This document shows, in pieces, positions 43,478 through 51,282 of a stretch of 53,856 nt of DNA; position 1 is the stretch's first letter, and each line of letters starts with the position of its first letter. The notes below the pieces were generated by a model, which saw only the letters and a list, made by a program, of their open reading frames with translations, was not told the origin of the DNA and did no database searches. The translations under genes were made by a program, and so were the position numbers. The DNA is from a virus (taxonomy: Duplodnaviria > Caudoviricetes), in IMG/VR virus record IMGVR_UViG_3300020119_000151, positions 1 through 53,856 of that record; one strand, given 5' to 3'.

Positions 43478-43668
43478 GGGGTGGGACAGCGGTGATACAA
43501 CCTTCATGTCAGCGCAAGCTGGCCGGTCTGTGAGAGGACCGTTGCGAGAAAAATGAAACCACGAAATTTCAATGCTGCCGTTGTGCCGACCTTTCCCAAA
43601 GGGCGGCAATTCGGTTCCTCCTGCCCGTCCTTCTCGCGGACTCTCACCGGCGCGACGGTAGCATTGAA
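43478..43668 (+). ncRNA. Candidate structured non-coding RNA or leader
   Basis: GCAA-tetraloop hairpin, CGGTC/GACCG hairpin, 21-bp stem 43568-43588 with 43648-43668. Confidence 0.45.
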
Positions 43669-43682
43669 CTTTTGAAGGTCTA

Positions 43683-44132
43683 ATGAAAATTAAAGTCGTC
43701 AATAACAGCGTGGATGAACAGGCAAACCACCGCTCTAATTTCACAACCTGCCCCCACTGTTACCACGAAATGAAAAGCGAAGTGTGGGAAAAGGCGGTTA
43801 CCATCATCGCGCTTGAACCCCGTTGCTACAAGTCCGGTTGCGTGGCGATGATCTCGGAATGCCCCGAATGCTTCAAGCCGTCCTGGGTGCATTGGCAGAT
43901 GGACCATTTCGACAAATGGAGCAGTTGGCCGAAGCACGTTCAGGAAGCTGTCTCCAAAAAGGGCGAGGCCGTCAAGCTCTCCGCCTTGCGGACATGGGGC
44001 CGCTGTATCTGCCATTCCTGCAAGCATCTTACCTCTGGAAAGGTCCAGTTCACCGCATGGCGTGAATGCAAGCGGGGATTCGGGCCGGCGGTGGAAGTCA
44101 AAGAAGGGTGTGAAACCTACGAAAAAGTATGA
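43683..44132 (+). CDS. Cys-rich hypothetical protein
   Basis: CPHC, CPEC, CHSC. Confidence 0.65.
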   Translation: MKIKVVNNSVDEQANHRSNFTTCPHCYHEMKSEVWEKAVTIIALEPRCYKSGCVAMISECPECFKPSWVHWQMDHFDKWSSWPKHVQEAVSKKGEAVKLSALRTWGRCICHSCKHLTSGKVQFTAWRECKRGFGPAVEVKEGCETYEKV

Positions 44133-44497
44133 ACGACCATATCGCCGTAAAAATTCCGGGCGAAACCGCCTACCGTTGGTACGACCTGCGCGAAATGCGG
44201 AAGGCGCCGCCGGCTGATGCGCTTCCGCCCGGCGTCGGGACGGTGATGGGCATTAAGTTTCACGCAACAAACAAGTTTATCGAACGCGAAGATGGCGAGT
44301 TGGCGCAAATTTACGAAATCGACGCAACCCCGGGCTCGCTCGTACACCAGGACCAGTTACGCGCGGCGCGGGATGAGTTTAAAATCCGTTGGGAGGATTA
44401 CAGGCTGGAACACACTGTTAAATTTCCGGGTCGGACAATCGCAGGCGAGCCTTTGGCTTGGCGGTTCTTCCTGATCGGCAAAGGACTGAAACCGTGA
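44129..44497 (+). CDS. Hypothetical protein
   Basis: ATGA coupling. Confidence 0.6.
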   Translation: MNDHIAVKIPGETAYRWYDLREMRKAPPADALPPGVGTVMGIKFHATNKFIEREDGELAQIYEIDATPGSLVHQDQLRAARDEFKIRWEDYRLEHTVKFPGRTIAGEPLAWRFFLIGKGLKP

Positions 44498-45141
44498 ATA
44501 CGCAAACCGTCATCGTCTATCAAATCAGGGATTGGGACGTGCATTTCGAGAATGACCGCAGCCGCAACCGGGCGCGTTGCTCCTTCGTGTGCGTCCCGAA
44601 CAAACAGCACGGGCTTGGCTTCTCCCGCATCATGGCGGAGCCGGACGGCGCCGCGATTTACGGCATCTGGCATTGCATCGTCGGGGCATGTTCCCAGCAG
44701 GCGAAGCGTAACGGCTGGCTCACCGTCGATGGTGACCACAAGGGGAGTCCATGGTTAGTGGATGACCTGGCCTTAAAGTTCCGACGGCCGGCCAAAGAAA
44801 TCGAGCGGGCGCTCGAAATCCTCTGTAATGACAAGGTGAATTGGATGATACGGCATGAAAGTAACCGTCCAGTCACCGTCAAGTCACCGCCTGGTCACCT
44901 AGAAGGGAAGGGAAGGGAAGGGAATAGAAGAGAAGGGGAAGGGAATGGACTGCCAATCCCCCCGGTCTTAAAGACAGCAGACCGGATTAGCTACGAGCGC
45001 GAGCTTGGCGAAATAAACCGGGAGCTTCCAAAGCTGGGAAAGCTGTCTGACCATGAGAAGGATGGTAAAAATTACAAGCGCATCCTGACGCTGCGGACGC
45101 GGCGCGACACGTTGCGCGAACTGCTGGGGGTTGTCGCATGA
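44494..45141 (+). CDS. Putative replication initiator
   Basis: GTG overlap; YQIRDWDVHFEN; EGKGREGNRREGEG linker; upstream of dnaB. Confidence 0.65.
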   Translation: MNTQTVIVYQIRDWDVHFENDRSRNRARCSFVCVPNKQHGLGFSRIMAEPDGAAIYGIWHCIVGACSQQAKRNGWLTVDGDHKGSPWLVDDLALKFRRPAKEIERALEILCNDKVNWMIRHESNRPVTVKSPPGHLEGKGREGNRREGEGNGLPIPPVLKTADRISYERELGEINRELPKLGKLSDHEKDGKNYKRILTLRTRRDTLRELLGVVA

Positions 45142-45344
45142 CCGCCAATGGTAAAACCACCCGGCGGGACCGGTGCTACCTGTTCGGCCGGCGAGCGTTC
45201 AGGCTGAATCCGCGGCAGGCGGCTACGGCGTGGGCGAGCTTGGCGCAAGCGGTTGAAAATTTAGGGTCGAAGGATGTGCCGAAGTTTAACGACCTGTTGA
45301 ATGGTTTTCGCAAGGCCACACTGGAAGGTTTGAAAAGAATATGA
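45138..45344 (+). CDS. Small hypothetical protein
   Basis: Coupled on both sides. Confidence 0.5.
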   Translation: MTANGKTTRRDRCYLFGRRAFRLNPRQAATAWASLAQAVENLGSKDVPKFNDLLNGFRKATLEGLKRI

Positions 45345-46816
45345 TCGACTCCGTTTCAGAAAAGGCCAGCGGCGCCCCCGACTTTAGAAAGTCGCGCCGT
45401 CCGAAATCGCTTTCCGAGCGCGGGGCGGCGAGCCTGGACCGTCTGCCACCGAACAACCTTCAGATGGAAATGGGGGTGTTGGGCTGCATCATGCTTTCGC
45501 CGAACGAGTGCATGATGGAGTGCCATGAGAAGTGGAAAGGGCAGGGCAAGGAGGTGTTTTACGACCTCCGGCATCAGACGATCTACGAACACATTTGCGC
45601 GATGTACGAGAAGCGCCAGCCGATTGACCTGATAACCCTGCAAGCCCGGCTGAAGACCGCGAACCTTTTGGAACAGATTGGCGGCATCGCCTACCTGTCA
45701 CAGATTCAGGACAGCGTTCCCAGCGCGGCGAACCTCGGGTATTACCTGGTTGAAGTTGAGGAAAAGTATTTGCTCCGCGAAATGATTCAGACCTGCACTG
45801 GGGTTGTCGGGCGAATCTACCAGTACGAGGGCGAGGTTGACCAGTTGCTTGATGAGGTTGAGAAGGAAATTTTGCGCGTGAACCAGCGCCGGACGGTAAT
45901 GCCCCTTCCGGATGTGAAAAGCTTGGTGAACAAATCCATCGTTCAGATTGAACAGATGTTCAACCGGAAGGGCGAACTGGTCGGCATCCCCAGCGGATTT
46001 CCCGACCTGGACCGGCTGACCGGCGGATTCATGCCCGGTGACATGATCGTGATAGCCGCCAGGCCAAGCATGGGAAAAACGAGCCTCTGTATGAATATCG
46101 CCGAGCACGTCGTCATCGAGGCGAAGGCTCCGGTGGGCGTGTTCTCGCTCGAAATGAGCGCCGAAAGTCTGATGACGCGGACGCTTTGCTCGCTGGCGCG
46201 GGTGAACATCCGGATGATTCGGGACGGGTTCATGAACGAGGCGGATTTTCCGAAGCTGATGACGGCGGCGGGGAAGCTTTCCAACTCTAAGCTGTTCATC
46301 GACGCGACGACGGGATTGACCATCCTGCAACTGCGGGCGCGCGCGCGACGAATGGTGGTGGAGCATGGCATCAAGCTGTTCGTGATCGATTACCTGCAAC
46401 TGCTCCATTCGAGCATCAAGCGCCGGGAGGAAAACCGCCAGCAGGAGATTGCGGAGATTTCCAGCGGCATAAAGGAAATGGCGAAGGAGTTGGGCGTCCC
46501 GGTGATTGTGGCCGCGCAGTTGAACCGCGAGGTTGAAAAAACCCAACGCAAGCCGCGCATGAGCGATTTGCGGGAATCCGGTTCCATCGAGCAGGATGCC
46601 GATCTGGTCGGTTTGCTGTACAAGCCGGAATCGGAGGACGATGACGACGAGGCCGGGACGCCGGCAGAGGAACTGGAAGGCATCCCGGTGAACCTCCTGA
46701 TTGCGAAGCAGCGCAACGGACCGACTGGCGAAGTGAATTTGACGTTCCTGAAACCATACACAAGATTCGAGAGTGCGGCGAAGTTCTCGAATGAAGATGT
46801 CCCTGACGGTAAATGA
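45341..46816 (+). CDS. dnaB: Replicative DNA helicase
   Basis: AARPSMGKT, FSLEM, VIDYLQL, QLNR, DLRESGSIEQDAD, KQRNGPTG. Confidence 0.98.
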   Translation: MIDSVSEKASGAPDFRKSRRPKSLSERGAASLDRLPPNNLQMEMGVLGCIMLSPNECMMECHEKWKGQGKEVFYDLRHQTIYEHICAMYEKRQPIDLITLQARLKTANLLEQIGGIAYLSQIQDSVPSAANLGYYLVEVEEKYLLREMIQTCTGVVGRIYQYEGEVDQLLDEVEKEILRVNQRRTVMPLPDVKSLVNKSIVQIEQMFNRKGELVGIPSGFPDLDRLTGGFMPGDMIVIAARPSMGKTSLCMNIAEHVVIEAKAPVGVFSLEMSAESLMTRTLCSLARVNIRMIRDGFMNEADFPKLMTAAGKLSNSKLFIDATTGLTILQLRARARRMVVEHGIKLFVIDYLQLLHSSIKRREENRQQEIAEISSGIKEMAKELGVPVIVAAQLNREVEKTQRKPRMSDLRESGSIEQDADLVGLLYKPESEDDDDEAGTPAEELEGIPVNLLIAKQRNGPTGEVNLTFLKPYTRFESAAKFSNEDVPDGK

Positions 46817-46835
46817 ACAAACAAAAAATAAAACT

Positions 46836-47231
46836 ATGGCTACAACATTCACAGAATCAGTAACGCTTGAGCGCCTTAGCTGCGGAAGCTGCGGCGGAGT
46901 GTTCGCGTTGAACTATGAAGTCTTGCAACATGCCCGCAACAATGCCGGGGGCTACAACTGCCCATATTGCCGGTCTCGCTGGTCTTGGACAAAGACGGAA
47001 GCCCAGCGATTGCGCGAGCAACTTGAGCAGGCGCAGCGCGAACTGCAGCAGGAGAAATGCAATGTGATGACCGAACGCCAAATGCGGGAATCGGTTGAAC
47101 TGGAAAACAACCGGCTAGGTAAAAAACTGAAGCGCGTTCACAAAGGAACTTGCCCTTGTTGCAAGCGCCATTTCGAGAATCTTCAGCGGCACATGGAAAC
47201 GAAACATCCTGAAGCCACAAAAAAGGCATGA
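46836..47231 (+). CDS. Zn-finger and coiled-coil protein
   Basis: CGSCG, CPYC, CPCCKRHFENLQRHMETKH. Confidence 0.75.
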   Translation: MATTFTESVTLERLSCGSCGGVFALNYEVLQHARNNAGGYNCPYCRSRWSWTKTEAQRLREQLEQAQRELQQEKCNVMTERQMRESVELENNRLGKKLKRVHKGTCPCCKRHFENLQRHMETKHPEATKKA

Positions 47232-47599
47232 GAAACATTTCATTCATGCTGACGACGGAACAGGTTCGGTCCAGGACCAAGACGGTCACGCGGCGCCTGG
47301 GTTGGAAGAACGTGAAAGTCGGCGAGCGCCTTCAGGGTTGCGTGAAGTGCATGGGTCGGAAGCACGGCGAGCCGCTTGAGAAGCTGGCGGTGATCGAGGT
47401 TGTCAGCGTCCGGCGCGAGCAGCTTGTTGCGCTCACCGATAACATCGAATACGGATTCGAGGAAGTGAAACTTGAAGGACTGGCAGAACATCCCTTGGTG
47501 ATGGGATTCCCGACGCAGTTCATAGATTTTTTCTGCAACTCACACAATGGTTGCCTGCCGTCAACCGAAGTCACCCGCATTGAATTCAAATACGTCTGA
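47228..47599 (+). CDS. ASCH-domain protein
   Basis: ISF..KTVTRRLGW..EG..VTRIEFKY. Confidence 0.85.
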   Translation: MRNISFMLTTEQVRSRTKTVTRRLGWKNVKVGERLQGCVKCMGRKHGEPLEKLAVIEVVSVRREQLVALTDNIEYGFEEVKLEGLAEHPLVMGFPTQFIDFFCNSHNGCLPSTEVTRIEFKYV

Positions 47600-47602
47600 C
47601 CC

Positions 47603-47905
47603 ATGGCGCACCGGAACACCATACGCGCGAAAGCGATCAAGGCCGAGCTTATCGAAAGGCTTGGCGGAAAATGCGAGCTATGCCCCAGCAGCGACGACCT
47701 TCAATTCGACCATCGGGACGGGAGCGATTGGGTGTTGAACAAGCTTTCGTATCTGGCACGGATGAACCTTTACAAGCGCGAGGTCGAAGAAAATAAAATC
47801 CGCCTGTTGTGCGGGACGTGCAACCGAGCCGTCCGTGTGCCGGGTGAAAAAGGCTGGCAGCGCACCGCCTACGCGGGAATACCATCCGAACGGATACCAT
47901 TTTAA
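47603..47905 (+). CDS. Small HNH-like nuclease
   Basis: LGGKCELC..LQFDHRD..LLCGTCN. Confidence 0.8.
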   Translation: MAHRNTIRAKAIKAELIERLGGKCELCPSSDDLQFDHRDGSDWVLNKLSYLARMNLYKREVEENKIRLLCGTCNRAVRVPGEKGWQRTAYAGIPSERIPF

Positions 47906-47942
47906 AATTTCCGGCATGTCGCCGGAGAATCAACCAAAAACG

Positions 47943-48638
47943 ATGAAAACCATAACACGCAGCGTAAAACACACGTTCAAGACCGAAGAAATCGCCAACC
48001 TGAACACCGAATTCAGGCAGGCATTTGCCAACCTAAAAGCCGTCGAAGCTGAATTCGATAAGGTGAAGGCGTCCTACAAGGCCAAGACGACCGAAGCCGA
48101 ATCCATCATGGAAACCCTGAACGCGACCCTTCAGGCCGGCTTCGAATACCGCGACGAAAAATGCGTCGTCGTTCTCAACGCGAAGGACTCGAAGAAGCTG
48201 TTCTTCCTCGAACTAATTGCCGCGTTCCTCAGTGAACAATCGCCCGATCCTTTGGACTGGCCGGCGGATAAGGCGGCAATCGTCGAGGCGATGACGGCGG
48301 AGGACTTCCAGAAGGAACTCGTCGAGGCCGAAAGCAAATTCGAGTTGTTCAAGGAAATCACCATCTTCCCCGCCGCCGGCAATGACTTCGGCGTTCTGGC
48401 GGTTGGCCGGCTGGGTGGCAAGTGGTTCTCCGCGCTCCGCGTGACCATCGGCGGGCGCAAGATCGAGGAACGCCTGGACAGCGAGCAATCCTGTTCCAAG
48501 AAGCGGAGCGTCCAGATTGACCGGAGCCTTGGCCGGTTTCTGGTTTGGGTGGAAGAACAGCTTGGCCGCGAGGCGGCGAAGGGCTTCAAGAATCACGTCG
48601 AGCTTGTCAAAGCTGACCAGGCCGAACTGGAAGAATAA
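47943..48638 (+). CDS. Hypothetical protein with coiled-coil N-terminus
   Basis: Long ORF; stop abuts the terminase stop. Confidence 0.7.
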   Translation: MKTITRSVKHTFKTEEIANLNTEFRQAFANLKAVEAEFDKVKASYKAKTTEAESIMETLNATLQAGFEYRDEKCVVVLNAKDSKKLFFLELIAAFLSEQSPDPLDWPADKAAIVEAMTAEDFQKELVEAESKFELFKEITIFPAAGNDFGVLAVGRLGGKWFSALRVTIGGRKIEERLDSEQSCSKKRSVQIDRSLGRFLVWVEEQLGREAAKGFKNHVELVKADQAELEE

Positions 48639-50429
48639 TCACGACCTCTGCAACTGGCGGCGCTGGCTGCTTTCTTGGTAATCCTTCAGGAGAGCATCCA
48701 GCCCGTCAGGTTTCTTTTTCTTCTCGATCTCCTGCCCGATGCGTTGGATTTTGAAACCGCGCTGGCGAGCCCCTTCAACGGCGATGGCAAACCAGTCGTA
48801 CAAGTCGGGCGAAATCTTGATGCGCTCCTTCATTTCGTCCTTCGGCTCGACTTCGACCTTGTTGCCGGCGACGACTTTGAACAGGCGAAGCTGACCTTCG
48901 TTCGCAACGATGCGGGGAAGGTTTCGGACTTGCTGGGACTCGATGGCTTCGCGTGTGGAGAACCACATTTCGGTGACAAATTTCGAATAGTGTTCATCGC
49001 AACGCTTCAGGCGCTTGCCACCGGATGCCGCCTTGTCCTCAACGTAAAGGTCAAACCGGACGGGCCGCGCGGTGGGCTTGGCGCCGGAATCCACCGGGAT
49101 GGGGCAGGTATGGCCGAACACCTTGGCAAATGCGTTCCCCAGCGTACCGCGCCCGAATGAATCATAAAATCCGTTCTGTGCCGGTATGTTGGCCTGGTCC
49201 ATTCGCATCTTCATGAACTCCGCAATCTGGTCTTCAGGCTCGACGGAACTGTTCACCCTGATCGGCAGGATTTCAGGTGTGCCGACTGAAAGAATTTGGA
49301 TGCCGCCAAGCTCGTACCCGATGCGGATTGAGCCGACAACGCATCTGTCCCCGCCGCCATAGGCCGGGTCACAGGCATAGATGTCCGTAAAGCTTGGACC
49401 GTTCCAGATCGGCGCGTCAAAAGCCTTGTTGCGGGTGCAAAGCCCGATGGTGATGACACGGTTGCTCACCATGCCCTTGGATGGCTTGCCGATGGCTTGC
49501 TGGTAGAACTGCCAGGAATCTTCGCCGTGAGTGGCCTTCATCAACTCGACGAAATCGCTGCCGATGAGAAACGGGAAGCTGTCCTTCGGCTCGTCGTTGT
49601 TCGGCGTGTCGCGCCCGTCGAACGCAACCACCCATGCCTTGTACCAGCGCGAGCGCCATTCCTGGGTAACCTTCGTGTCAATCCAAGCTTCCCAGCCTTC
49701 TTCCGGTTCAGCCGCGGTGCACAGCGGGTCTGAAATGTCGGTGGGGTTTCCACCCATGACACCTTTGAAGCCCGGACTGACCATCCAATTTGCGTAAGCG
49801 TCCAGAAACGAGGGTTGCATCACCGCCGCCTCGTCGCCGTAGTGCTTCAGGATGCCGTCATTCTTCCCGGGCGAGTGCGGGGGCTTGGCACCCTGAAATT
49901 TTCCCATGCCGACAAACCTGCCGCCGGAGACGCAAGGCACACAGACGATGCCACGGTTCAATTCCCGGGCCATTTCGTTTTCGTCGTCGATGTCGTCGGG
50001 CGTGATTGCCATGTGCGATTCGAGGATGAAGCCGCCGAGCCAGGACCGTTTTTTCTTGGCGCGATTGAACAGCGTCTTTACGCGACCCCAAACTTTGATC
50101 TCAAGCGAACGCTTTTCGGTGGAAGAAATCAGGCTGAAAGATGTCTGCGGAAAGCAGAAGAAATCAATTAGGGCATGGACGGCGAACAGGTAGGTTTTGT
50201 TTGAGGATGCCGGGCCAAGAAAGACCGTGATTTTTTCCTGAACGATGCGGGTGATGCCTTTCACAAACCAGCGATGCTGCTTGTCCTCGGGCCAAAGGAT
50301 GCGGTGTGCGGCGAGGTAATGGGCTGGCTTTTCTTCCACTGGACCCTGCTCGATCATCCAAAATTCGATGTACAAATCATCGGTGCCAACCGGCCAGTTC
50401 TTGCCGTATTTCTCGAAGGTGTCAGCCAT
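48639..50429 (-). CDS. terL: Terminase large subunit
   Basis: VFLGPASSNKT (Walker A-like), HYGDEA (Walker B), GGNP, ACDPAYGGGDRCV and SPDLYD nuclease motifs. Confidence 0.85.
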   Translation of the reverse strand: MADTFEKYGKNWPVGTDDLYIEFWMIEQGPVEEKPAHYLAAHRILWPEDKQHRWFVKGITRIVQEKITVFLGPASSNKTYLFAVHALIDFFCFPQTSFSLISSTEKRSLEIKVWGRVKTLFNRAKKKRSWLGGFILESHMAITPDDIDDENEMARELNRGIVCVPCVSGGRFVGMGKFQGAKPPHSPGKNDGILKHYGDEAAVMQPSFLDAYANWMVSPGFKGVMGGNPTDISDPLCTAAEPEEGWEAWIDTKVTQEWRSRWYKAWVVAFDGRDTPNNDEPKDSFPFLIGSDFVELMKATHGEDSWQFYQQAIGKPSKGMVSNRVITIGLCTRNKAFDAPIWNGPSFTDIYACDPAYGGGDRCVVGSIRIGYELGGIQILSVGTPEILPIRVNSSVEPEDQIAEFMKMRMDQANIPAQNGFYDSFGRGTLGNAFAKVFGHTCPIPVDSGAKPTARPVRFDLYVEDKAASGGKRLKRCDEHYSKFVTEMWFSTREAIESQQVRNLPRIVANEGQLRLFKVVAGNKVEVEPKDEMKERIKISPDLYDWFAIAVEGARQRGFKIQRIGQEIEKKKKPDGLDALLKDYQESSQRRQLQRS

Positions 50430-50483
50430 TGGAATCACAATACGCTTGCCATAAAGGAAATTCCATGCGAAAAGTGAATCGTC

Positions 50484-51281
50484 ATGTCAACGACAAACCC
50501 AAACCCATGCGCGTGTCCTTCGCCGGACGTCGTTGCTGTGCCTGGCGTTCAGGGCGCCCCGGGAGCCCCGGGTTCAAACGGAACGAATGGCGTAAATGCC
50601 TACACGGTCACGACCCAAAATTTCACCATTCCAACGACGGGCAGCACGGGTACGGTATCGGTGGCGAATGTTTCGTGGATGGTTGTCGGCCAGTTCCTTT
50701 TCATCAGTGACGGCACGAACCTGGCTCACTTTCAGATTACGGCGATTCAGGCCTCGCCTCCGGTCATCACGATCAAGGCGCTGGGGAACAACGGCGACAC
50801 GGCGGCGACGAACGTGATAAACAACGGGGCGAGCGTATCGCCGGGCGGCGTACAAGGATCGAACGGTTTCACGGTCCTGGGAACGAACAGCGCGGCAACC
50901 GCCGGCTCCCAAAACGTGACCGCGACCCCGGCACAGGCGCTTTCCGCCACATTGACGCTTGCCGGTTCCGCGAACAAGACCTACCTGCTCATGGCGCGCG
51001 TTCGCCTGGACATGGTTGGGGCGACGTTTGCCGCGATGCGAAACGTGACACTCACCTTGCGCCGGACGAATAACACGGGCGCGAACATTTTAAGCACGTC
51101 CATCGGGACTCCGATTGTTACGACGGTCACCTATGGCATGGGTGAACTCACGATTTTTGCGACCTACACGACGAACGGGGCATCGGACGTTGTTCAGCCT
51201 TTCATCTCGATTGACACGATTCCATCGGCAGGCAATTTGAATGTCGTCGAGGCATCCATCACCGCGCTGGAACTTACTTAA
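50484..51281 (+). CDS. Collagen-repeat fibre/structural protein
   Basis: GVQGAPGAPGSNGTNGVN; Thr-rich beta domains. Confidence 0.7.
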   Translation: MSTTNPNPCACPSPDVVAVPGVQGAPGAPGSNGTNGVNAYTVTTQNFTIPTTGSTGTVSVANVSWMVVGQFLFISDGTNLAHFQITAIQASPPVITIKALGNNGDTAATNVINNGASVSPGGVQGSNGFTVLGTNSAATAGSQNVTATPAQALSATLTLAGSANKTYLLMARVRLDMVGATFAAMRNVTLTLRRTNNTGANILSTSIGTPIVTTVTYGMGELTIFATYTTNGASDVVQPFISIDTIPSAGNLNVVEASITALELT

Positions 51282-51282
51282 T

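Noticed and set aside
43515-43545. 16S rRNA fragment (GCTGG..GGTCTG.GAGAGGA resemblance)
   Set aside because: Short, gapped similarity with no flanking rRNA sequence
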